A stretch of DNA of 64,000 bases from Promethearchaeota archaeon (GTDB lineage: Archaea; Asgardarchaeota; Lokiarchaeia; Sigyniarchaeales; SOKP01). Shown one piece after another: positions 1-9,569 of the stretch. Every line of letters begins with the position of its first letter. The first letter of the stretch is position 1. The stretch covers positions 32,001 through 96,000 of the forward strand of contig JAEOTR010000057.1 of NCBI GenBank assembly GCA_016839705.1, in the 5' to 3' direction. Made by a program: the position numbers and the translations under genes. The notes under the pieces are model-generated. The model was not told where the DNA came from and did no database searches. It was given only the letters and a program-made list of their open reading frames with translations.

Positions 1-54
1 AAAAAGAGTAAAAATTATGTGGATAGTTTTTTTAAGATTTTTCATAAGTTCCTC

Positions 55-3000
55 CTACATTGTCTCTCTATATATATCAACGATTTTCTTTTTTCTGGCT
101 TTTCTTAAAAGAATTTTCATCCCGAAGAGTACCATAATTAAGGAAAGTAAAAAAATTAATCCTATATTGAAATAGGGTACATATATTACATTGGGTTGAC
201 CAGTAAGGTTGCTTAAATTCGAAGTTACAATCCAAGCTGAAAGCCAACCAACCACTATTCCAATGGATCCACTACTAATTAATATTATTAGTGATTCAAT
301 TATGAATAAACGATTTATCTCCTTTCCTTTTAACCCTAATGTTCTAATTATTCCAATTTCTTTCTTTCTTTCAAGAATCGTAGAATAAGATGATGAAAGT
401 AATCCAAATATGCAAATAAATACCGTCGTCATTGCAATTAGAGTAAACAAAGTATCCATTACAAAAAAAGAAGATTCTTGAACACGAATTAATCTATCAA
501 GATTGTAGATATTATATGTATAATCCAATCTGTAATTCTCATTTATAACAGATGCAATATAATAAGCTGAAGTTGATTTATCATCTCGGAGTTTAATAAA
601 AATTCTGTCCAGATATGAAACAGGGGGAATATCCATTATTTTAATATAGGTTTGTTGAGATATTAAAACACCACCTCCCGATGCTTGCGCCGGAGATATT
701 CCAAATTCTTGAGAAAAGCCGGGTACACTCTTTGCGGTCCCAACTATCTTGAAAGGATACGCTTCCATTTCATCACCACGATAAATTACAATTCTTATTT
801 TATCACCACGTATTATGTTAAGATCGATAGAAATCGCCTCTGAGATAATACATGGGTAAAAAGGTTCATAATCATCAAATATATTCTTAAATGCTTTTTC
901 TGCACTGCCAGAAGTCATCTCAATAAATTCTCTCTTCACAGTATACAAATATTGTTCATCTATACCGATTAATGTTATTTCTTGAGAGTCTAATCCGGCG
1001 TAATCACCAACTTCTGCCTTAAACTCTTTATCTGCTTCAGAATAAATTTGAGTCAATTGATAAGGTTTTGCTAAAACAGAAGACACCTTCTCAATCCCAT
1101 TAATTCCTAATAAAACTTCTTCAAATTCTACAGTTATAATTTTATTTGGATTAATATCCGCTTGTTGATTTTGCTTAGCTAGAACATCGAAATTTTCTTG
1201 TAATCCTTCATCTACATTATTTTTTATTGAAGTAGAGAAAAGTCCCCCTCCACCAAAACCTCCATTAAAACCATCTTCAGGCTCTTTCCATCCAGAGGTT
1301 TCAATTACTAAATCTGATCCATATGTAAGTTGAGTCTGGGCAGTTGATTGTGCCGAAAGTGTATTGATAACTGTCGAGGTGAAAATTACAAATGAAAATG
1401 ATAAAGCAAAAATAATAATTGTACTTGAATTTCTTCTTTGATATCGAAAGACGAATATTTTTATCACATTATGTAATCGTTTAGCCATTGGTCTAAATAT
1501 TAGGATTACTAATCTTAATATAATGGGTATTAATCCTAAACCTGCCAAGGTTAACCCAATATTAAATACAAGTAGAATTGATATTAATGTTCCTGCAAAG
1601 AGAGTAGCATCTGAGGAAATTAAGAACCTTGGGATAACAAAAAAAACAAATCCCCCATTAAATGCTAGTATTAGCCCCATGAGTAATAATTTGTAGTTCA
1701 CTGTGGATTTTTTTCGTAAATGATACAATGTATCTTCATGACGATATGGATGTATAGATTCAATTAATTGAAGACGCATCACTTTTAGAGCAGGAGATAT
1801 ACTAACTATCATTCCTACACTAATTCCCATTGTATAAGATATAGCTATTGACCACCACGTAAACGAAAAGTTTAATTGGGTGAAACCAAGCATGCTCGTA
1901 GTGATCACTCTATTTGCGAAGGGAATGATAAGAAAATTTGTCAGTAAATTGGCTGTAAATATCCCTAAAATTGTCCCAAAATTGCATAATAAGAAACCCT
2001 GCATTAAAACAATTGCAAGGTTATACTTTTTACTAGCCCCCAAAGTTCTAAACACACCAAACTCTCTTATTCTCTCCTCAACAGATGTTTTCAGAATTCC
2101 ACTTATTAGAACGCCAGAAATTAGCATTGCAACAATTGAAACAAATATGAAGACAATAACAATTAATATACTTACAAATTCGGAATATCCCAATATTCTC
2201 AATTTTGGTAGATCAATATTATATTCATTAATTCCAATAGCCATTTGAATATTGCTTGCGATACCTTTAACAATTGCCTTTGTTCCCTCAATATTTCTAA
2301 TATCATAGAGCGTGCTACTTTGTTGAAGCGTGAATATTAGCTCACTACAACGCCCATCAAACTCAGTGTAACCAAAATAATCATAGAGAGTATTAATATC
2401 AACAATTATAAGATGCCTATTTCGATATCTATCTGGCCATTTTAGATTGAAGTCAAAGATTGCATCTATTGTTAAGTTTTTACTAACTGATAAAGTTGTA
2501 TTTCCATGTGTTAATTGTAAATCTATTTCAATAACATCATGTAAAGAGTATTTTATAACCTCGTTGAACCCATAATAAATAGCACAGTGATCCATGGGTA
2601 GATCATCCAGATCAAGCCTACCTAACCTATTAGGATCCGTAAATTCTCCAAACCCTATTTGATTTTCTAGAGAAAAGTTGATAGCAGAAACTACAACCCA
2701 TTCTGTTTCACTTGTTTCTTTATTCTTTACACTTCCAGATACATCCATTCTTGGAATGAAACTAGCAACCCCATTTGTTGAATTTTGAATAGTCTCAACA
2801 ACCGGTTGAAATTGAAAATATGATGAACGATCTTCTGGTTCTCCTGTATAATGCCTTACAGAAATTGATCCATCTTGATTTCCGGCTTCTATTGTAAGAA
2901 AATCTACATAACTAGCAGAAATAGAATCAGATAAGAATAAAATAACTGTTAATAATCCTATTGAAATTAGAACTCCTACTATCGCAAATATTGTTCTAAC

Positions 3001-3057
3001 TCTCTGCTTTTTTAAGTCCGAAAACGCATATTTTAAAATTAATTTAAAATGGGTCAT
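55..3057 (-). CDS. ABC transporter permease, FtsX/MacB family (two fused permease halves)
   Basis: Two FtsX-type signatures (SVEERIREFGVFRTLGA; ILERKKEIGIIRTLG), many TM segments, large extracellular loops; directly downstream of an ABC ATPase. Confidence 0.9.
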   Translation of the reverse strand: MTHFKLILKYAFSDLKKQRVRTIFAIVGVLISIGLLTVILFLSDSISASYVDFLTIEAGNQDGSISVRHYTGEPEDRSSYFQFQPVVETIQNSTNGVASFIPRMDVSGSVKNKETSETEWVVVSAINFSLENQIGFGEFTDPNRLGRLDLDDLPMDHCAIYYGFNEVIKYSLHDVIEIDLQLTHGNTTLSVSKNLTIDAIFDFNLKWPDRYRNRHLIIVDINTLYDYFGYTEFDGRCSELIFTLQQSSTLYDIRNIEGTKAIVKGIASNIQMAIGINEYNIDLPKLRILGYSEFVSILIVIVFIFVSIVAMLISGVLISGILKTSVEERIREFGVFRTLGASKKYNLAIVLMQGFLLCNFGTILGIFTANLLTNFLIIPFANRVITTSMLGFTQLNFSFTWWSIAISYTMGISVGMIVSISPALKVMRLQLIESIHPYRHEDTLYHLRKKSTVNYKLLLMGLILAFNGGFVFFVIPRFLISSDATLFAGTLISILLVFNIGLTLAGLGLIPIILRLVILIFRPMAKRLHNVIKIFVFRYQRRNSSTIIIFALSFSFVIFTSTVINTLSAQSTAQTQLTYGSDLVIETSGWKEPEDGFNGGFGGGGLFSTSIKNNVDEGLQENFDVLAKQNQQADINPNKIITVEFEEVLLGINGIEKVSSVLAKPYQLTQIYSEADKEFKAEVGDYAGLDSQEITLIGIDEQYLYTVKREFIEMTSGSAEKAFKNIFDDYEPFYPCIISEAISIDLNIIRGDKIRIVIYRGDEMEAYPFKIVGTAKSVPGFSQEFGISPAQASGGGVLISQQTYIKIMDIPPVSYLDRIFIKLRDDKSTSAYYIASVINENYRLDYTYNIYNLDRLIRVQESSFFVMDTLFTLIAMTTVFICIFGLLSSSYSTILERKKEIGIIRTLGLKGKEINRLFIIESLIILISSGSIGIVVGWLSAWIVTSNLSNLTGQPNVIYVPYFNIGLIFLLSLIMVLFGMKILLRKARKKKIVDIYRETM

Positions 3058-3095
3058 ACGTTCAAAATTTTTCGATTTTAGTCAATTTAAATGCT

Positions 3096-4349
3096 TTAAC
3101 GTAAAATTAAACGGTCATTCTCAATTTTGGCAAAGAGATTATTCTCTTCTATTAATTCTTGTAATATATCATTAAAATTTTCTGGTAAATTGGCAATAAT
3201 AAGACTTGGGATACTCTTCTTAATTTCACTTATCGCTATCTCAGCTTTACCTTGATTTGCGAAGAGATATTGGAAAATTTTACTTTTACACTTCTCTTTA
3301 TTAATCTCTGTTTCCTGTCTTCTTTGGAGTTGCATAATTTCAGTCTCTTTCAACCCACCTATTTTTCCTTCATGGGTAAGTTTTCCATCTCTCATATGGA
3401 AAACTTTCGTTGCGAATTCTGAAACAGCAGCGTCATGACTTACAGAAATAAAGGTTGCACCTCTTCGATTTAAATCTCTGAGCAGGTTCAAAATCATAAC
3501 TCCTGTTTTACTGTCAAGATCTCCTGTAGGTTCGTCAAGAATAACAATAGCAGGATCATTAGCAAAAGCTCTAGCAATCGCAACTCTCTGCTGTTCACCA
3601 CCACTTAATTCTGAAGGTGTGTGATGAGCTCGTTCATCTAATCCGACTAACCTCAAGAGATCCATTGATCTCTTTCTCTTTCCTCGACGACTAAGTTTAC
3701 CTGAAAAATGCAACGGAACCATCACATTTTCTATTGCGGTCATTTGGGGAAGTAAGTTATAAAACTGGAAGACAAAACCTATTCTTTCTCGCCGGATCTC
3801 GGCCAAATTGTTATCGTTCAGCATACTTATATTGCGACCCTCTAAGAAGATTTTTCCTCGAGTAGGTGTATCAAGACCTCCAATTAAATTTAGTAATGTC
3901 GTTTTTCCTGAGCCTGAAGGTCCCATTATATCAATGAAGTTCCCACTATCTATTACTAAATCAACCCCACGCAAGGCTGCCACTGCTGTGGTCCCTAATA
4001 GATAAGTTTTATGCAGGTTCTCAACAACTATTAAATGTTCATAATCCTTTCCAGCAATTTTATCACTTTTCGCATCTTTTTTCATTTTTTTCTTTTCTTC
4101 ACGAGACTGTGAAATTATTTCTAATTTCTGTTTCCTAATAGTTTCTTTTCCCTTCTTTTTTTTCCATTTTTCGAATTGTTTTGAAAGTTCTCCCTTCCAA
4201 ATTGCCAGTTTTCCAGTTTCCTCTTCATATTGTTCCATTAGTGGAGTTTTTTTTAAATATCGAGTATTAACCATACGGAATCTGCTCTTTTTTAATTGTT
4301 CTTTATTCTCGATTACCAGATTGAAAATCTTTTTAAAATTTTTTAACAC
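3096..4349 (-). CDS. ABC transporter ATP-binding protein, LolD/MacB type, with N- and C-terminal extensions
   Basis: Walker A GPSGSGKT, signature LSGGEQQRVAIARA, Walker B ILDEPTG, H-loop SHD; start uncertain. Confidence 0.92.
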   Translation of the reverse strand: MLKNFKKIFNLVIENKEQLKKSRFRMVNTRYLKKTPLMEQYEEETGKLAIWKGELSKQFEKWKKKKGKETIRKQKLEIISQSREEKKKMKKDAKSDKIAGKDYEHLIVVENLHKTYLLGTTAVAALRGVDLVIDSGNFIDIMGPSGSGKTTLLNLIGGLDTPTRGKIFLEGRNISMLNDNNLAEIRRERIGFVFQFYNLLPQMTAIENVMVPLHFSGKLSRRGKRKRSMDLLRLVGLDERAHHTPSELSGGEQQRVAIARAFANDPAIVILDEPTGDLDSKTGVMILNLLRDLNRRGATFISVSHDAAVSEFATKVFHMRDGKLTHEGKIGGLKETEIMQLQRRQETEINKEKCKSKIFQYLFANQGKAEIAISEIKKSIPSLIIANLPENFNDILQELIEENNLFAKIENDRLILR

Positions 4350-4486
4350 TATTATATCTTAATGTTAAATTAAATTTTATCAGATAATTAATCTATTATG
4401 GATAGGTAAATGTGAGAACTGTTTTAAAAATTGATGTTCTATTTTAGTAGAACGTTTAAAATCTGACTATAAAATTAGGGAAAGCT

Positions 4487-5218
4487 TTAATCTTCCCTAC
4501 TTTTTAAATGATCCATTATTTTAAGATAAATATCTTCCTTTGCATCTGGTTTGTTTCCAAAATTACTAGATTTTATAATAGATGGTAATTTAATCAATTC
4601 TTTTTTCGTATTAATCTCTAAAATTTTCGGATTTTTTGCGATCCACGATGGATTATGCGCTAAACCACTTACGTCATATTCAAGTTTTATTTTAACATTA
4701 GTTTTGAATTTTCCTTGTAAAAATTCTAATAATTCGCTTTTAATATTTACCACTAAGCTATTTATAATTGAATCAAAATTTTCGTAGAAAGGATTGATTA
4801 ATTTTTCCTCTACTAAATTAAAATTATGATTTGAGTCTAGAAATATTGCCCCAGATAATGCTTCAAAGACATCTGCTAAAATCCTTGTTCCCTTTATTTG
4901 CTGATTTCCACTTTTGAAAATAAAATTTTGTAAATTTATTCTATTTGCGACTATTTTTAAAGTGTTATCACTTTCTAATAAGGCTTTAATTTTAGTAATT
5001 TTTCCAGGATCTTGTATGCCCTGCTTATATAATTTTAATATAAATACTAGCTTTATTACCGCATCCCCGAGTGTTTCCAAATATTCATAACTAAGCTCTC
5101 CAGTTTCATTAGCAAGTCTTGGGGTTGTTAGGGATTGTACTAGATAATCTTCATTCTTAAACCTATAGCCAATAAAATCTTGAATTTTTCTTAATTTTTC
5201 TTCCTTGTTCATTACCAT
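4487..5218 (-). CDS. rnc: Ribonuclease III
   Basis: YEYLETLGDA (canonical ERLEFLGDA) and ADVFEALSGAIFLD catalytic motifs; C-terminal dsRBD-like KSELLEFLQ...SGLAHNP. Confidence 0.88.
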   Translation of the reverse strand: MVMNKEEKLRKIQDFIGYRFKNEDYLVQSLTTPRLANETGELSYEYLETLGDAVIKLVFILKLYKQGIQDPGKITKIKALLESDNTLKIVANRINLQNFIFKSGNQQIKGTRILADVFEALSGAIFLDSNHNFNLVEEKLINPFYENFDSIINSLVVNIKSELLEFLQGKFKTNVKIKLEYDVSGLAHNPSWIAKNPKILEINTKKELIKLPSIIKSSNFGNKPDAKEDIYLKIMDHLKSRED

Positions 5219-5276
5219 CTTTAATATACAATTATTTTCAGTTAAATTTAAAAATTTAGAGAAAGCTTAATTAATT

Positions 5277-5699
5277 ATGGAAGGAGGAAATAAAGATAAA
5301 ATTCTTAGAATGATTGATGAAATTGAAAAAAAAAACTCAGAGATTGAAAATTATATTTCTAGTTTAGCAATTTTAACACGAAATGAATCCTTAAAGGAAA
5401 TCATGAAGGATATCATTGAAAAAAACAACATTCTACAAGAAATAGAAGGATCTAAAAGACCACACTTACACACTATAATAGATGAAAAAACAAGTTTTTT
5501 ACGTGAAAAGGTAGATAATTTTCTTTCTAAGATTCAAGAAAATCCTGCCAAAAAAATAATATATCTGAGAGAATTTCTTGATAATTTTGAGTCAATATCG
5601 AAAAATGATAAAGAAGTAATACTCAACTCCTTACAGGATGAGAAAAATAAGGATAAATTAAAAGAAAAAATGACTTCCTTAGTCACGATTTTTTTATAA
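5277..5699 (+). CDS. Hypothetical helical/coiled-coil protein
   Basis: 140-aa E/K-rich ORF filling an intergenic gap, ATG start. Confidence 0.7.
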   Translation: MEGGNKDKILRMIDEIEKKNSEIENYISSLAILTRNESLKEIMKDIIEKNNILQEIEGSKRPHLHTIIDEKTSFLREKVDNFLSKIQENPAKKIIYLREFLDNFESISKNDKEVILNSLQDEKNKDKLKEKMTSLVTIFL

Positions 5700-5724
5700 T
5701 CTCAATATTCTGTTAGTAGATTAC

Positions 5725-6120
5725 TTATAGCCTAAACAACTGGAGTAAAATAAGGACTTTCTTTATACCTCTTATTTTTATTCTTCCAGTAAGGATTTTC
5801 CCGATAACTTTCCCAAGAGAGATTTCATCGCTTTCCAGAATTTCTAAAAAAATCGAGGTCTTTGCTTGAAGTAAACCATCCCAACCAAGAAGTTTCTTTT
5901 TCAAGTTCTTTTTTGGGGTATTTTTCATACCTTCTACATATATCTTACCGTTGTCAATCACCAATAATGCCGCATATTTTCCATCCTTGGCATTTAAAAG
6001 AACTTTTACTTCTGTATCTTTGAATTTCACCTTAAACTCCTCATTTTCATTTAGAGGTTCAACTAACCTAGATACAATTCCTGCAAAACCACGGAATTTT
6101 TTCTTTTTTTCATCAGACAT
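5725..6120 (-). CDS. SCP2 (sterol carrier protein 2)-like lipid-binding protein
   Basis: C-terminal 'ILTGRIKIRG..KVL.L..LF' pattern typical of SCP2 domains; start taken at MSDEKK. Confidence 0.65.
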   Translation of the reverse strand: MSDEKKKKFRGFAGIVSRLVEPLNENEEFKVKFKDTEVKVLLNAKDGKYAALLVIDNGKIYVEGMKNTPKKNLKKKLLGWDGLLQAKTSIFLEILESDEISLGKVIGKILTGRIKIRGIKKVLILLQLFRL

Positions 6121-6280
6121 AATAATCATTAATTTATAGATCTAAAATATCCCTAATCTCTTCTAAAATAATTTAACAAGTTAATTTTGAAAATATTAAT
6201 AAAGCTAAAAACAATTGGAAAATTTACAAATCTAAAGAAGAATAAGTAATCTAACATTAAAACTCCAATATAAGCCTGAT

Positions 6281-6544
6281 TCAGTACCCGTCTGCCTCGC
6301 TTCCACTAAACAGGTCTTCGTAAGCTTTTCGATCTTCGTTTGAGATTCTTTCCCCTCTCAATCCTTCTTTTACTATAATCGGGGCTGCTTCCGTCTCATC
6401 ATGGGGAATTTTCTTTTGTATTTTATACTCCGTTTCCAATTCACCGAGTTCAAATTCTTCCTCACAGGCTTTACAGAACAATTTCTTGTTTTTAGGGATC
6501 AATATATTATCACAATTTGGGCAGAAACGCAATGTTATCACCAA
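6281..6544 (-). CDS. TFS/RpoM-like zinc-ribbon protein lacking the C-terminal catalytic ribbon
   Basis: N-terminal RFCPNCDNILIP...LFCKAC ribbon and TFS-like linker, ending in an acidic helix instead of a second ribbon. Confidence 0.75.
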   Translation of the reverse strand: MVITLRFCPNCDNILIPKNKKLFCKACEEEFELGELETEYKIQKKIPHDETEAAPIIVKEGLRGERISNEDRKAYEDLFSGSEADGY

Positions 6545-6905
6545 ATTTTCGGTTTTAGTTTATAAACTTTTCGATTTTGTTATGTAGGCTATTTCTTTTC
6601 GATAACTACCAATATTAAAAAAGTATAACATTTATAAATTTAACGCATAACTTAAATTATTGTTACTGTATTACGTTTAAAAATTTTATGTTTAAATTAT
6701 TAATTTGTTATTATGAATGTGTGAAGGTAAATGAAGGATAAACTTCTCAAATCATATTACAACCAGATTTCTTATAAAATAATGGTTCTGGATTAACTAA
6801 AATATTCGTCTAGATAATTTAGTTTTACAAAAATCATATAAAAAAATGATCTAACATTATTTCTTTTAAGAATTTTTAATTCAATCTTAAGAAAATTAGG
6901 GATTT

Positions 6906-7646
6906 ATGATAAAGAAATACGAGAAAGCAAAAATCTTAACAATAGCTCATAGAGGAGCAAGCAGCATAGCACCAGAAAACACTTTAAAAGCATTCCAAAA
7001 AGCAATAGAATTAAAGGCGGATTATATAGAGTTTGACGTTCATCAATCTAAGGACGGAGAAATCGTTGTTATGCATGATGGTAATACTTTTAGAACCACG
7101 GGTCATTTTGGCATTATTAATAGAATGACTTTATCCGATTTAAAAAAGCTAGATTGCGGGGATGGAGAAAAAATCCCCACTATAGAGGAACTAATTGAGG
7201 TAACCAAGGGAAAGATTGGATTAAATTGTGAAATTAAAACAAGGGGGATTACCGAGAAAATCATAAAAATCCTCAAGGAATCTGAAATAGTCGAGACTAC
7301 AATAATTAGCTCATTCAAACATGATATACTATTGAAAATTCAGAAATCGGATTCAACTATTAAATTAGCATCCTTAGAACCTACCCGAACTGGATGGATA
7401 AATAGCTGGATGTCTAAGAAAAAGATGCTTAACGTTGCAATCAAAAATAATTTTTACGCGATTAATCCTTTCTATAAATTAGTAAATGAAAAGCTTGTAA
7501 ATAGAGCACATAAGAATGATATAAAAGTTTTTCCTTGGACTGTCGATTCAGAATCAACTATCAAGAAACTAATAAATGATGGTGTCGATGGAATTATTAC
7601 TAACAAAATTCCTAAAGTCCGAGAAGTACTGAATCAAATAAGTTGA
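6906..7646 (+). CDS. Glycerophosphodiester phosphodiesterase (GDPD)
   Basis: AHRGAS..APENT, IEFDV, MHD, WTV, GVDGIITN motifs. Confidence 0.93.
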   Translation: MIKKYEKAKILTIAHRGASSIAPENTLKAFQKAIELKADYIEFDVHQSKDGEIVVMHDGNTFRTTGHFGIINRMTLSDLKKLDCGDGEKIPTIEELIEVTKGKIGLNCEIKTRGITEKIIKILKESEIVETTIISSFKHDILLKIQKSDSTIKLASLEPTRTGWINSWMSKKKMLNVAIKNNFYAINPFYKLVNEKLVNRAHKNDIKVFPWTVDSESTIKKLINDGVDGIITNKIPKVREVLNQIS

Positions 7647-7655
7647 TAGAATGCA

Positions 7656-8372
7656 ATGAATAATACTAAAATTCTGATCGTAGGTCATAAAGGAGCTAAC
7701 TCCTTAGCTCCAGAGAATACTTTAAAGTCTTTTAGGAAAGCGATAGATTTAAAAGCAGATTTTATTGAATTTGACGTTCAATTGTCAAAAGATAATATAA
7801 TGGTTATGAACCATGATTTTAATACCTTCTCTACTACTGGTTATGATGGCCTGATTAGGGAGATGACCATTAAAGAGTTAAAGCAATTGGATTTTGGAGA
7901 GGGGGAAAAGATCGCAACTTTATCAGAATTAATAGAAATAGCTAAAAATAGGATAGGGTTAATATTTGATCTCAAAGCACCAGGACTCAACCAAAGATTG
8001 GTAGATGTTCTGAGGAATGAAAATTTAGGGAAACAATCAATTTTAAGTTCGTTTTCTTTTAACCAATTAATTAAGATTCAAAAAATAGATAGTAATCTTA
8101 AATTTGGGCTCCTTTTATCTGAAGAAATGAAAGTTAAGCAAATAATAATAAAAAGGATTCAGAAAGCAGTTAAGAATAATTTTTATTCAATTCACCTTCA
8201 TTTCAGCTTGATAGATCATCACCTTATTGAGTTTTGTCATGAAAACAATCTTAAAGTTTTTGGATGGACCGTAAATGATGAAAAGGACATGAAACAATTA
8301 ATTCAGATGGGGATAGATGGTATAATTACAGATGATATCCAACTCCTGAAAAAAGTGTTAAATAGAAGCTAG
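7656..8372 (+). CDS. Glycerophosphodiester phosphodiesterase (tandem paralogue)
   Basis: GHKGA..APENT, IEFDV, NHD, WTVN, GIDGIITD motifs. Confidence 0.92.
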   Translation: MNNTKILIVGHKGANSLAPENTLKSFRKAIDLKADFIEFDVQLSKDNIMVMNHDFNTFSTTGYDGLIREMTIKELKQLDFGEGEKIATLSELIEIAKNRIGLIFDLKAPGLNQRLVDVLRNENLGKQSILSSFSFNQLIKIQKIDSNLKFGLLLSEEMKVKQIIIKRIQKAVKNNFYSIHLHFSLIDHHLIEFCHENNLKVFGWTVNDEKDMKQLIQMGIDGIITDDIQLLKKVLNRS

Positions 8373-8432
8373 GTTAAGAGTCGATACCTCTTAATAAAAT
8401 ATTTTATTTGAGCTTTATTCCTCTATTGTGTC

Positions 8433-8609
8433 ATGCTCAAAATTAATGAAGGTTTTGAGGAGTATAAAAGTAGATATAAATTTAAGTTAAAGCTTTTAAA
8501 TCGTAATGTATCTGTTTTTGAGAGCTTAGATCTACTAGGTGTTGTTCTAGATGAAGTAAACAGTTATAGAGAATTCTTACAACTGCATGAGAAATATAAT
8601 ATAACTTAA
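8433..8609 (+). CDS. Possible 58-aa small protein (not in ORF track)
   Basis: Read by hand: MLKINEGFEEYKSRYKFKLKLLNRNVSVFESLDLLGVVLDEVNSYREFLQLHEKYNIT; fills the gap between convergent genes. Confidence 0.35.
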   Translation: MLKINEGFEEYKSRYKFKLKLLNRNVSVFESLDLLGVVLDEVNSYREFLQLHEKYNIT

Positions 8610-8669
8610 TATTTCTCAGTGTATACATCTTTAACTATATAACATTCTTAAGTGAGAAAATTTTGTTTA

Positions 8670-9431
8670 TTATTTATGTTCAGCGTCAATCGGACGTCCA
8701 GGACTGCCTTGATAGTAAAATTTTCCTTCTTTTCCCCTCCAATTTTTATGCAATACGGTATTAGGATATATTACATTATTATTTGTTGTAACTGCGTTTG
8801 GTCCAACTATATTACCGGGGTATAAAGTAGTATTTTTTCCTAATTTGAGTTCCATCATCGTGATTTTCCCGAAAATTGTATTAACCGCATGACTCGACAA
8901 CCCACTAGAAGGATAGATAAAAACATTGTCTCCCAAATCAGTAAACTCTAATCCCACATAACTATCACAGTAAATGACATTTTTACCAATTTTATTATGG
9001 CTTATTCTTCGAAGAACTCTGTTAACAAGCCAAGGAAATGGTGATTTTGATGATAACCACATAGGAAACTTTATAATAAAGCCTCTCTTATGATAATATT
9101 TCATCAATTTTCCTTCAGGGCTTTTTATATTATCGAGAACTCTCGCAAAAACACCTTGCTGAGGAGGTGATTTCCTATTCCATCTTCTAGTCCAAAAAGC
9201 AGTAAATTCGATTAACAAAACTAAATATAAATAAAAGAGTCCCATTAAAAATCCAGGTAATAGAAGAATATGCACAAATCTTGGAATAGAGAAAAGATTA
9301 ATAAATAAGTATTCGAATACTAGAAAAAATCCCAAACACACATAAAACGGAACTAGAAAGCTAATGAAATTGATTTTAAAGAAGTCAAATGCTGGGAGTT
9401 CAACAGTTTTTTCTTCTTTTTCCTCATTCAT
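8670..9431 (-). CDS. Membrane protein with left-handed beta-helix (hexapeptide) acyltransferase-like domain
   Basis: Two N-terminal TM helices, then KIGKNV/LGDNV/LGKNT hexapeptide repeats and C-terminal YYQGSPG. Confidence 0.75.
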   Translation of the reverse strand: MNEEKEEKTVELPAFDFFKINFISFLVPFYVCLGFFLVFEYLFINLFSIPRFVHILLLPGFLMGLFYLYLVLLIEFTAFWTRRWNRKSPPQQGVFARVLDNIKSPEGKLMKYYHKRGFIIKFPMWLSSKSPFPWLVNRVLRRISHNKIGKNVIYCDSYVGLEFTDLGDNVFIYPSSGLSSHAVNTIFGKITMMELKLGKNTTLYPGNIVGPNAVTTNNNVIYPNTVLHKNWRGKEGKFYYQGSPGRPIDAEHK

Positions 9432-9569
9432 TATATAGTATAATTGAGTAGGATATTTAAAAAATTAATTATGTGGTTAAACAGGGAGTTCCCAAGAAAA
9501 AACAAAAATTTTAAGCTCACAAATAATTTGAATTTGTATCATTTGTAGGGATTTATTAGAGATGATATA

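Noticed and set aside
6712-6815. Imperfect hairpins (TATGA...TCATA; ACCA...TGGT) considered as SECIS or ncRNA
   Set aside because: No SECIS-type non-canonical core and no upstream selenoprotein; weak pairing is expected in AT-rich DNA
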